64,000 nucleotides of DNA from a virus. A program made the position numbers and the translations under genes. Below the pieces are notes generated by a model, which saw nothing but the letters and a program-made list of their open reading frames with translations, was not told the DNA's origin and did not search any database. This document shows, in pieces, positions 27,764-36,550 of this stretch. Where the stretch lies: IMG/VR virus record IMGVR_UViG_3300036859_000816, positions 32,001 through 96,000 of that record. One strand, given 5' to 3'. Within the stretch, counting starts at the first letter, position 1. Every line of letters starts with the position of its first letter.

Positions 27764-28117
27764 ATGAGCTACGCGGGCCTCGGCGCTCATCCCATCCACC
27801 GAAGCCGAGTGGTCACAAGTTCGACCAGCTACGCACGCTTGCATCCGAGTTACTGGCAGGCATTGCAGCCCGACGGACCGTGGGAAGCGGGAGCGCCCGG
27901 CTGGTACACTGCTCCGTATGTCGGCTGGGGCCAGAATCCCGATCGGCACTTGCCTCCCATTCTCGCCAATGATGGCTGCTGCAGTGGATGCGGCGGCTGC
28001 GGCAGTACAGGACAGACCGAAGACGTCTTCCTGAAGCCGCCCATTTGGCCGATCTTTGTCCTACTCGGCGTTGCGGGCCTGGGCATGTTGGCTGTCTACA
28101 AGCTCGCGCAAGATTGA
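27764..28117 (+). CDS. Small putative virion protein with C-terminal TM
   Basis: MSYAGLGA N-terminus; GCCSGCGGCG; TM IWPIFVLLGVAGLGMLAV. Confidence 0.75.
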   Translation: MSYAGLGAHPIHRSRVVTSSTSYARLHPSYWQALQPDGPWEAGAPGWYTAPYVGWGQNPDRHLPPILANDGCCSGCGGCGSTGQTEDVFLKPPIWPIFVLLGVAGLGMLAVYKLAQD

Positions 28118-28182
28118 TGGGGTTGACGGATTACCGTCGGCGTGGCCAAGATAGCCTCGTTCCAGAACGAAAGGATCGAACC

Positions 28183-28455
28183 ATGCCGCCTCCCAAACTG
28201 GTCGAAATAATCACTGGCGTTCAGATGTCGGTTCCGCCATTGCCTCCCGGTGTTGCTGCCGAAGGAAGCGTTGCCGTGCCGCAGGTTCAGGCCGGCGACT
28301 TTGCCGTCGTGAATTTCGAGAATGCGCTACCGGATCAGGTCGTCGATTCTCCGCCGCGGGCCAGTGCAGGTCAGCTGCACTTCCGTTTCATCAACGGCGG
28401 TTCCGTCGCTACCGAATCAGTGCTCATTTTCATCGATATTCTGCTCGCTCGCTAA
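28183..28455 (+). CDS. Small beta-rich hypothetical protein
   Basis: RBS AAGGA before ATG 28183 (alternative coupled start 28117). Confidence 0.6.
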   Translation: MPPPKLVEIITGVQMSVPPLPPGVAAEGSVAVPQVQAGDFAVVNFENALPDQVVDSPPRASAGQLHFRFINGGSVATESVLIFIDILLAR

Positions 28456-28500
28456 CGTAGACTTGACGTAGGCAGCGTGTAGCGACATGATGCGTGCCCA

Positions 28501-28686
28501 ATGGCATCGGCACGCACGAAAGTTGATCGCAAAGACGTCTTGATACGCGTTCGCGTGACGGAAGCGCAGCGGCGCGTATTTTTCAAGGCGGCCAACCAGG
28601 CTGGCCTCGATTTATCGAGCTGGCTGCGCACGATCGCACTCGACGCCGTGGAACGTCGCCGACCCTTTGCGGAAGGTCGGGGGTAG
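28501..28686 (+). CDS. Ribbon-helix-helix DNA-binding protein
   Basis: RKDVLIRVRVTEAQRRVFFKAANQAGLDLSSWLR pattern; upstream TTGACG-N17-CATGAT (28463-28491). Confidence 0.75.
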   Translation: MASARTKVDRKDVLIRVRVTEAQRRVFFKAANQAGLDLSSWLRTIALDAVERRRPFAEGRG

Positions 28687-28689
28687 CGC

Positions 28690-29310
28690 ATGGCCGACGA
28701 CGAGAAGTCCAAGCAACTCGAAGCGCCGATGGCCGTTTGGGTGAAGGGCGGCACGACGTCAATGCAGCATGATGTCGAGCAGCAACGTCAGGCGGCTGAG
28801 GCCGAAGCTCGACGTGATGTCGAGGCGGAGCGTCACCGTATTGCGCTCGCAAATCCGATGGAAGCGCGCATGCACACGATGTCGCTCAGTAATCGGCAGC
28901 GCGACGCCATGGTTGTGCTCGGCTTCAAACACGCCAAGGACAACAAAATCGACAATTGGATGACGTGCGAGCTCTACCGCATTGGCGACGCTGAGCACGA
29001 GCGGCTCGTCCTACAAATCTGCTGCCCGTACTGCGTGAGCAAACACGGTCGTTCACTCGGCCAGTCGCAGTACCACATTCATCAGGACCACCGTGACTTC
29101 AGTCTGGATCAGCGTACGCGAGAGCAGCGTAAGGAGCACTCACTTGGTGTTCCCGTTGCTGGCGACATCTGGATCAATCCGGAGAACGTCGAGGAAGTCA
29201 TCAAAGTGGCGGGCACAATTACAACGCATGGTTGGATCCGCTGCGACGGTCTCGGCTGCACGTGGTCGTTTCGCATTGATGACAGCGTCATCATTACGAG
29301 GTCGACGTGA
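28690..29310 (+). CDS. Hypothetical protein (possible Zn-binding)
   Basis: 206 aa; CPYC and CDGLGC. Confidence 0.7.
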   Translation: MADDEKSKQLEAPMAVWVKGGTTSMQHDVEQQRQAAEAEARRDVEAERHRIALANPMEARMHTMSLSNRQRDAMVVLGFKHAKDNKIDNWMTCELYRIGDAEHERLVLQICCPYCVSKHGRSLGQSQYHIHQDHRDFSLDQRTREQRKEHSLGVPVAGDIWINPENVEEVIKVAGTITTHGWIRCDGLGCTWSFRIDDSVIITRST

Positions 29311-29588
29311 GCCGCAAGTGGAAGCCTGAAGTCATCATCGGCGGCGGTGAGCCTAAGCCGCAAGATCCCAATCCGATGACGAGCGACTTCGGCCATGCCG
29401 TCGATCAGTTCGTTGCCGGTTGGTACAAGCGCCACCCACAGCTCGACCAGGATGCAGCGCTGATTGTCCTAATGCAATACGTGGCCGGTTTAGCCGTAAC
29501 CCGCGGCTGTCCGGAAATCGATTACGTACGCTGCTCAACGGACCTCTATCAGATGGAGGCGCAGGCACGGAACAAAGACGGCGCATGA
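29307..29588 (+). CDS. Hypothetical protein
   Basis: GTGA coupling, 93 aa. Confidence 0.65.
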   Translation: MSRKWKPEVIIGGGEPKPQDPNPMTSDFGHAVDQFVAGWYKRHPQLDQDAALIVLMQYVAGLAVTRGCPEIDYVRCSTDLYQMEAQARNKDGA

Positions 29589-29959
29589 GCGAAGCGTTCA
29601 TCGAATTGTGCGAACTGATTCGCCAGGCTGGTCTCGAGCTGCGACTGTACGGGCGTCCCGTCACCAAACAGCAGGTGCTCGAGTACGCACAACAGCATTC
29701 AATGATGAGGATAGCGACGATGAGCAACTCGAATACGGACACAAATTGGAAATTTTCGGATGAGCTCGACGGATTGAAATTGGGCACGGCCGAAGAAGAG
29801 CGGCACCGGGCGAAGCTCTGGATGGACACGGCTGCGCAGCATGGGCGTAACGAAGAGTACTGGCGCAATCGCTGTCGCAAAGCCGAAGAAGTCATCAACG
29901 AATTCGTCAAACAGGCCGGCAAAGCGGGCTATACGATCAGCGCTAAAAGCGATGACTAG
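29585..29959 (+). CDS. Hypothetical protein
   Basis: ATGA coupling at 29585; overlaps the start of the next gene. Confidence 0.55.
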   Translation: MSEAFIELCELIRQAGLELRLYGRPVTKQQVLEYAQQHSMMRIATMSNSNTDTNWKFSDELDGLKLGTAEEERHRAKLWMDTAAQHGRNEEYWRNRCRKAEEVINEFVKQAGKAGYTISAKSDD

Positions 29960-31292
29960 CGAGCGTATGGATGAAACGGCCGCGCGAGCACCCGTCGAAG
30001 GGCAGCTCGAACGCGAACGACCGTACTTTGCACCGGGTCAAACAGCGGAGCACCTATTCAGTGTGCTCTATCAAGGCGAATACGAGACGCTCGGGGACGG
30101 TACCGCTATTGCCGTCCGCCGGCATGCGACGGCCTTGGCAGCAAGTGGTATTCCCGTACAGCTGCGGAGCTTTTCGAACATCGTCGTCAATCGCTACGGT
30201 GTGCGCGAGCCGGCGCACCTCGGCATTCCGGCACCCGTCGAAGCTGAAGTCGGTGCGCTGCGCAAGACATCGGTTCAAGCGCTCATTCCTGTCATCAAGC
30301 ATGCGGTCATCGCCAGCGCGGAACACGCGCGCAACATCCTAATTCCTCATGGCGCCATCGGTACCGATACGATGGCAACCGTCGAGCTGCGGCGCTCGAT
30401 TTGCCAAAATACGATCTTGTACACGGTCTGGGAGCGCAGCCGCATCGATGAAACGTTGGCGCGTGAACTTGACCGCGCGGCGCAGCTCTGGGTGCCGTGT
30501 GTACAGAACGCGCAAATGTTGGAGTCCAGCGGCATCGCTAAACACAAGATTCACGTCGTGCCGCACCCGTATCGGCCTGATGATGATCTCACCAAACTGC
30601 TCGATCGCAAACCGACGGACTGGCGTCTGTTCTATTCGATCGGCCGCTGGGAACCGCGCAAGGCTTACGCGGAGCTAATTACAGCGTTTCTGCGTGCGTT
30701 TACGCCGAGCGACAAGGTCATGTTGACGATCAAGTACTCGGGCAATGGCAATTGGCAAGGCTACCCGACGCCAGCACAGGCTTTATACATGGCTCTCGAT
30801 TCGACCGTCAGGAAACATTGGACGGAAGAGCAAGCACGCCAACGTATCCGGTTCATCGACAAGCACCTCAGTGCTTCAGGAATCATTGAACTGCATTTCC
30901 GCAATAACATTTACGTCTCGTGTTCGCATGGCGAAGCGTGGAACTTCGGCGCATTTGACGCGATACAAGCCGGCAACTCTCTCGTGTACGTGCCATGGGG
31001 CGGCGTAGTGGATTACGCTTCACCGAACGACACCAGAGTGCCGTTACGCGGCATGCAGCCAGTACATGCCAGTTATGGATGGGCCGAAAGCGAATGGGCA
31101 GGATTTGAAATCGACGACTTGGCGCTCGCTCTGCGCTCCACTCCAGTGCGCAGCGCGTACGGGCGGCCGCTGCATTTTAGTCACTTCAGCGCGCCGGTAG
31201 TTGGCCGACAAATGCGCGATCTTGTGCTCCAGCTCGCCGACGAACGAGCGCCAGCTGCAGCTGCGTACTATCGAGGAAAGGTCGATGGCTAA
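29952..31292 (+). CDS. GT4-like glycosyltransferase
   Basis: YTVWE, LWVPC, VVPHP, SIGRWEPRK, SHGEAWNFGAFDA. Confidence 0.85.
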   Translation: MTSERMDETAARAPVEGQLERERPYFAPGQTAEHLFSVLYQGEYETLGDGTAIAVRRHATALAASGIPVQLRSFSNIVVNRYGVREPAHLGIPAPVEAEVGALRKTSVQALIPVIKHAVIASAEHARNILIPHGAIGTDTMATVELRRSICQNTILYTVWERSRIDETLARELDRAAQLWVPCVQNAQMLESSGIAKHKIHVVPHPYRPDDDLTKLLDRKPTDWRLFYSIGRWEPRKAYAELITAFLRAFTPSDKVMLTIKYSGNGNWQGYPTPAQALYMALDSTVRKHWTEEQARQRIRFIDKHLSASGIIELHFRNNIYVSCSHGEAWNFGAFDAIQAGNSLVYVPWGGVVDYASPNDTRVPLRGMQPVHASYGWAESEWAGFEIDDLALALRSTPVRSAYGRPLHFSHFSAPVVGRQMRDLVLQLADERAPAAAAYYRGKVDG

Positions 31293-32133
31293 TCTACTTT
31301 ACGAAACCTGCGCACACTGTGCGGAACAGCGTGCACATTTCGATATCAAAGCGTTGCACTGTTCGTGGTGTCGCGGCACGGGATTTATTCTGAAGTCGTA
31401 TGTGTGCAATGTATGTGGCGACGCCGTACGTCTGGACATGTACGGCGAGCTGGGTCTGCCTGATTTGAAGATTACAGGCAGCTATGGTTCGATGTACTTA
31501 AACGATTACCATACCTATTTCTTCGCACTGTGCGAGCGCTGCCTGCGCAATCTGTTCGAGCACATGGAAGTTCCGCCGGAAGTTCGCGACGTACACGACG
31601 GAGACGTCTTGTACAAAGGAGATCGAGAGACGTACGTTCGGATGTTGTGGCTGCGCACTGGCGCAGAGCAGCGCAAGTTGAAGCTTACGCAAGGCTTATG
31701 CACATACACCGAATTCTGCCGCAATGAAGCCCACTGGCGCGTATTTTACTCGGCGTCAGTGAGCGACGAAGCGCTGTGCGACTCACACAAGTCGAGCGTG
31801 GACCATTGCGCGAATGCGACAGTTGTGCCCGCAGAGCCGTTGCAACATGTACCGGTCGACGTGAAAGATCAAACGGAAGAGCAACGGTGGCTCGTTGCAT
31901 CGGAGTGGCTACGAGCGCAGCCCAAGCAAGCATGGCAGTACATGCCTGAGTGTCTCAAGCCACTAACTAACGCTCCAGATGCGACATCGACGTGGTGGTT
32001 TCCGAGCGAAAAGACTTGGCGTTCGGAGTTGACGGACGCGAAGGAGCTCAACATCGCTGACGGTTTGTTAGTGTGGGACCTGAAAATAAAGGCCGCGTGG
32101 GCGGAATTATCGAAAGGGAACGTGAATGGCTAA
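31285..32133 (+). CDS. Multi-Zn-finger hypothetical protein
   Basis: CxxC motifs including CSWCRGTG; RBS GAGG. Confidence 0.7.
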   Translation: MANLLYETCAHCAEQRAHFDIKALHCSWCRGTGFILKSYVCNVCGDAVRLDMYGELGLPDLKITGSYGSMYLNDYHTYFFALCERCLRNLFEHMEVPPEVRDVHDGDVLYKGDRETYVRMLWLRTGAEQRKLKLTQGLCTYTEFCRNEAHWRVFYSASVSDEALCDSHKSSVDHCANATVVPAEPLQHVPVDVKDQTEEQRWLVASEWLRAQPKQAWQYMPECLKPLTNAPDATSTWWFPSEKTWRSELTDAKELNIADGLLVWDLKIKAAWAELSKGNVNG

Positions 32134-32419
32134 AAAGATACTAGTGACGTGCGATTTTTGCGGAGAATTGGCCAGATGTGATGCTTCCGAAGATCCAACA
32201 GTACAGCTAAATTTAGTCGTCAGCGCTAAGAGCAAACAGCTCGCTATTCATAGGCGTCCTCCGATGCCTGTTGTCGGTGACGCAACTGGCATCTTCCCGT
32301 CTGACGTTTGCGTGACGTGTCTAAATAAAGCGTTACGTGCGCTCGGGTTGGAGCTGTGTGACGGCAACGAACGCGGATTTCCGCCTAGTCTATATCTGCG
32401 ACGCAGCGATAGCCGATGA
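32126..32419 (+). CDS. Small Zn-finger protein
   Basis: CDFC...CVTC. Confidence 0.6.
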   Translation: MAKKILVTCDFCGELARCDASEDPTVQLNLVVSAKSKQLAIHRRPPMPVVGDATGIFPSDVCVTCLNKALRALGLELCDGNERGFPPSLYLRRSDSR

Positions 32420-33486
32420 ATGTTCGTCTCTACGGACGCATCATGGGTCATGGCAGCCATGCGCAGGTGACGCGCGGCTTTCGTGAAACTCTCGAGGTAG
32501 CCGGCTTGCTGAGCGGAGTCGTCGCGCTCGATATACTGGGTTTGGACGAACAGTTGATGGGTCAACTTCGATCTAGCGGTGATCCCGCAGTAGAGCACGG
32601 CGTCTTGACAGGTGCGCTCGAATTCATGGATCAGTTGACGCGAGCGAAACATGCGCGTCGCTGGGTCATGGTCGCTCCGAACAGCAACTGCTTACCTCGT
32701 CCGATTGAACAGATGCTCAACGACATTGCGACCGATGTCTTGGTGCCCTCTGATTGGGCGGCGGACATGCTCAAGGAGTTAACGGATAAACCGATCCACG
32801 TCGTGCCGCACGGTGTGCATGAAGGTTTCTCACGCAGCGCCGCTCAGCGTGAACGGCTAGAGAACGATTACAACGCACAACAGTTTCGCGTTCTGCACTT
32901 TTCGACGAGCGAACGCCAGCGCAAGGGCACGTTTGAGTTACTGTGCGCGTGGCGCGCGCTGATGAAGTGCGGTCGGTTACCTAAGCTCGCTGAGCTATTT
33001 CTTGTGCTGGATTACTCCGCACAATTGCGACTTGCGGAACGACTTGTGGACGAAGACATGGACGTGCCCGGCCTGAAAGTCGTAACTCGTCTGGACGCGG
33101 CACCCCAAGCGATGGCGGACGTGTTGCGGCAAGCGCACGTAGTCTGCCAACCGTCACGGGCGGAAGCCTTTGGGATCATCCCCCTTGAAGCACTCGCATG
33201 CGGCACGCCGATCGTCGCAACGGCCTGCACCGGTCACAAGCAGTACTTGTCGCATTTAGGCGTACCGGGCTTCGTTGTCGTCCCGCATGCCGAGCTCGGA
33301 CCTATCGATGATGGGCCGGCTGCCGTTGCGCCAACGGTCGATCCTGAGGCCATTGAAGCGGCTCTGGCGGTCGCGTACGACAACTGGCGCGATCTCAGTG
33401 GGCTCGCATTCGACGCCGCACCGAGGGTCGCGGTAGACTGGTCATGGCGGCGTCAACTTGCGCCGTGGCTGGAGCAACTGAGATGA
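32416..33486 (+). CDS. GT4 glycosyltransferase
   Basis: VVPHGV, RKG, PSRAEAFGIIPLEALACGTP (E-x7-E motif). Confidence 0.9.
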   Translation: MNVRLYGRIMGHGSHAQVTRGFRETLEVAGLLSGVVALDILGLDEQLMGQLRSSGDPAVEHGVLTGALEFMDQLTRAKHARRWVMVAPNSNCLPRPIEQMLNDIATDVLVPSDWAADMLKELTDKPIHVVPHGVHEGFSRSAAQRERLENDYNAQQFRVLHFSTSERQRKGTFELLCAWRALMKCGRLPKLAELFLVLDYSAQLRLAERLVDEDMDVPGLKVVTRLDAAPQAMADVLRQAHVVCQPSRAEAFGIIPLEALACGTPIVATACTGHKQYLSHLGVPGFVVVPHAELGPIDDGPAAVAPTVDPEAIEAALAVAYDNWRDLSGLAFDAAPRVAVDWSWRRQLAPWLEQLR

Positions 33487-33980
33487 CTAGTCTAGGTCAA
33501 CCCGCACGCAGCTTCTGGCGCTTGCCACCCGGTACACCCGAATGGATGCGCCCACCGGATTGGATGGCGTTGGGGTCGCCCGGCAAGATCGTGGGCATGA
33601 TGCAGAACCCGCGCACGGGAAAGTGGACGATGGTTGAAGCGATGGCCGGGCTCGGCAATCCCGGAAAAATCGTCGGCTTCAATCCCGACACGGGTGAGGT
33701 CTACTGGGCGACTGCCGGCTTCGGTGCGACGACCGCTCCGGCCTATGCTCAGGAAGCGGCAAAACGTGCGGCTGAAGCCGCGGCGGCCGCAGCGAAAGCT
33801 CAGGCGGCAACCCAGGCCCTGAAACAACAGCAAGCCGCACTCGCGCCGCAGTTGGCACCGACGACGACGGCGAAAGCGCCCGCCGATGCGACGATACCCA
33901 TCCTAGCGTTTGGTGCCGTCGCCATTGTCGGCGGCATCCTACTGTTTCGACGCCGACGTCCAGAAAGATCCACCACATGA
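33483..33980 (+). CDS. Putative virion protein with C-terminal TM
   Basis: ATGA coupling; LGSPGKIVG/LGNPGKIVG repeat; TM plus RRRR. Confidence 0.75.
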   Translation: MTSLGQPARSFWRLPPGTPEWMRPPDWMALGSPGKIVGMMQNPRTGKWTMVEAMAGLGNPGKIVGFNPDTGEVYWATAGFGATTAPAYAQEAAKRAAEAAAAAAKAQAATQALKQQQAALAPQLAPTTTAKAPADATIPILAFGAVAIVGGILLFRRRRPERSTT

Positions 33981-34333
33981 AGGTCCACGACATGAACGAA
34001 GCACTTGCACGGCTCAAGCCGTACTCCGGTAAATTGGTCACCGTTCAACTGAAGACGCCGTTCTGCATGCTCTCGTATGCCGGCAGCCACATGCTCAACG
34101 GAAAAGAAGTGCACGGCCTCATGCCCGCGCAAATCAAGGGTCCAAACGGCGAAGCCGAGCCCGTCGGATTTTCTCCGATCATTCCTTCAGCGATTCTCGA
34201 CGTCAACGAATTCGATGTCCTGTTGCGCTTGCGCGATCCGGCGACGGGCGCAGAGCTGCACATTAGCTTGCCAGCAGACGAAGTCCTTTATGTCACGATC
34301 GTCGGCAAGGCTCCGTCGAAGCTCGTCTTGTAA
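33977..34333 (+). CDS. Hypothetical protein
   Basis: ATGA coupling, 118 aa. Confidence 0.7.
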   Translation: MKVHDMNEALARLKPYSGKLVTVQLKTPFCMLSYAGSHMLNGKEVHGLMPAQIKGPNGEAEPVGFSPIIPSAILDVNEFDVLLRLRDPATGAELHISLPADEVLYVTIVGKAPSKLVL

Positions 34334-35017
34334 ATGAGCCGCGCTGACGAAACACGCTTTCGGCGCTGGCTCATCGATCGAATCAAGGAAACGTGCTTTC
34401 AGAAGTATTCGGGCGAATCCATTGAAGAGCTCGCGCAGCGACTCGGCGTGCAAGCGGATGTGTTGCGTACGGCCCAGGCCGAGCGTGCCGAAGAGCTCAC
34501 GGCGATAGGACGGCCGCCGATTAAGGTTGGCAGCGCACGAGCGCGCGGTAGTGCGCCGCAGCTGACGCTGCATTGTCCCAAGAACATATTCCAGGAAATG
34601 CATGTGCGTGCGACACGCTTAGGTGTCAGTCATGGCGAGCTCGTCCGAGCAATCGCCAACACGTTGCTCAGCGGTCCAGACAATCCGATCTGGCTTTACC
34701 ACTGTTGGATGTTCGAAGGCGTGCGACAGGTGATCGGATATAAGCCAGCCCAGAAATGGTACTTGGACGTTGCGCTGAGCAAAGGCGCGCACGTCGCACT
34801 CGATCAACGCGCCACGAGACTCGGCACGAACAAAACCGCGCTACTGCGCGGAGCCATCACCGACTATCTCGAGGGTCGAATGACGGGCGTGTGTTTTGTA
34901 CCGGTGTCGATGATGTGGCAGGACCCAAAGCGCTACTGGACAGGCGAGCTGATTCGTAAAGGAGAATACCATGGACATTCAGGAACTATTGAGCCGCGAG
35001 TCGCGAACCAGCATTGA
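34334..35017 (+). CDS. Putative DNA-binding protein (tandem RHH-like modules)
   Basis: Repeat RATRLGVSHGELVR / RATRLGTNKTALLR. Confidence 0.6.
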   Translation: MSRADETRFRRWLIDRIKETCFQKYSGESIEELAQRLGVQADVLRTAQAERAEELTAIGRPPIKVGSARARGSAPQLTLHCPKNIFQEMHVRATRLGVSHGELVRAIANTLLSGPDNPIWLYHCWMFEGVRQVIGYKPAQKWYLDVALSKGAHVALDQRATRLGTNKTALLRGAITDYLEGRMTGVCFVPVSMMWQDPKRYWTGELIRKGEYHGHSGTIEPRVANQH

Positions 35018-35801
35018 GACGTGGTGCCGGCGCAATGCGCAGGCGGTGTACGTTGGCAATGACACAGTGCTGTGTCGCGTGCTCGGTAAGTACCCGATGT
35101 ATGTGCAAGCGAGCGATGTGTCCGTGGGTGCGCGTCTGATGCTCGATGGTTACTGGGAAATGTGGATCACGATGGCCATCGCGCGCTATTTGAAACCTGG
35201 CATGACCTGTCTCGATGTCGGTGCGCACGTCGGTTATTATACAGTGCTCATGGCCGACATCGTTGGCGCACGAGGCCGCGTCATCGGGCTCGAACCGTAC
35301 GTGCCGAGCTACCGCCACTTATGTAACAACATCGTCGTAAATGGCGGTCCAACTGTCGAAGTTCAAAGTTACGCAGCCTCTGACGTAACCGGAATGCGAA
35401 ACATGTACGTCGATCGAACGTATACGGGTAACAATACTCTCGAGAACGACTATTGTTCAGATGGGGAAGCTGAGCGACTAGGATTAGTTGAGCCCATCAT
35501 ATGCTCAAAAATCGACGACAAGGTGGACGTTGCCGTCGACTTCATCAAAATCGATGCCGAACGACACGAACGTCACGTCTGGCGTGGCATGCAGCAGTTA
35601 CTTGCGCGGAATACCAACGTACAGGTCGCGATGGAATACACGTTCGCAGCCGATCCAGAGCATGAGCTACTGAAAGAAATCCGTGAAGCCGGCTACGAGA
35701 TCCACGACATTCAAGGCGACGGAACGCTGCGCAAGATGACGGCTGAGCAAGTGGTGAGCGATCCGAGCGTGCAGTGGCGAATGCTCTGGCTCAAGCGCTA
35801 G
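34971..35801 (+). CDS. FkbM-family SAM-dependent methyltransferase
   Basis: LDVGAHVGYY, GLEP, DFIKIDAE; RBS AGGAG. Confidence 0.9.
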   Translation: MDIQELLSRESRTSIETWCRRNAQAVYVGNDTVLCRVLGKYPMYVQASDVSVGARLMLDGYWEMWITMAIARYLKPGMTCLDVGAHVGYYTVLMADIVGARGRVIGLEPYVPSYRHLCNNIVVNGGPTVEVQSYAASDVTGMRNMYVDRTYTGNNTLENDYCSDGEAERLGLVEPIICSKIDDKVDVAVDFIKIDAERHERHVWRGMQQLLARNTNVQVAMEYTFAADPEHELLKEIREAGYEIHDIQGDGTLRKMTAEQVVSDPSVQWRMLWLKR

Positions 35802-36501
35802 GTTGTACGCAGGGCAACACAATCCCTTTGAAAGCCCACTCCCAAGCGTAACCAAGGTTTTGTTCTGCCTGTTGAGCTAAATACGATGAGCACGTTCCTG
35901 GTTGCACATAACCCGCCGCTGAATGCCAGGTGTACTGCGCGACTCCATCGATAATTTGGTAACCATTGGAAACCGGGCTGACCTTGAACTTCGCTACAAT
36001 CGTAGCGTCGGGAATTGCGATTGCACACGATTGCATCGTGTCACAGTTGTTCATTCGTTGAATGCGAATAGTTTCGGTGCTGTGAATTGCTACGGAAATC
36101 GATACCACCGACGCAACTTCATCGTAGTGCAGCGAAGTAGCGTCCCAGGTCAGATCCACCGTCCAACACGGTGAATCGATGCATGTTATGCACGTACCGT
36201 CGTACGACGATGACCAGACGAATGTTGTCGGTAATGGAGCCGTGCAATCGATCGGCGCGGCGCCACCGCCACCGTTTGCAACGCTTCCGGCTACACTCGC
36301 AGATCCGCCGGAGCTTGTGTCGCCGGCATTGTTACCGCCACCGATTGCAGCACCACCTGATCCGACTGAATCACTGCCAGCCGATCCTGCGGACGCCATG
36401 CCAGCTGACCCGGCGTAGCCCAGATCGTCAGCACCGCCCGTTACAGTCGAGCTGCACGCCAGAAAGCAAAAAGCAACCAAAGTTCTCAGGGCCGTTTGCA
36501 T
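35791..36501 (-). CDS. Lipoprotein with Gly/Ser-rich linker (myxobacterial style)
   Basis: Signal MQTALRTLVAFCFLA-C lipobox; GSAGSAG linker; Cys-containing C-terminal domain. Confidence 0.7.
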   Translation of the reverse strand: MQTALRTLVAFCFLACSSTVTGGADDLGYAGSAGMASAGSAGSDSVGSGGAAIGGGNNAGDTSSGGSASVAGSVANGGGGAAPIDCTAPLPTTFVWSSSYDGTCITCIDSPCWTVDLTWDATSLHYDEVASVVSISVAIHSTETIRIQRMNNCDTMQSCAIAIPDATIVAKFKVSPVSNGYQIIDGVAQYTWHSAAGYVQPGTCSSYLAQQAEQNLGYAWEWAFKGIVLPCVQPSA

Positions 36502-36550
36502 GATATCTACCATGATACCACGTGCTACGGCCGCTGCCAGCGATCCCTTC

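Noticed and set aside
5416-28117. Cellular sortase/exosortase-type surface-protein locus instead of a virus
   Set aside because: Substrates lack signal peptides and the context (protamine-like protein, HNH, integrase, helicase, many small phage ORFs) is viral; not fully excluded without structure searches
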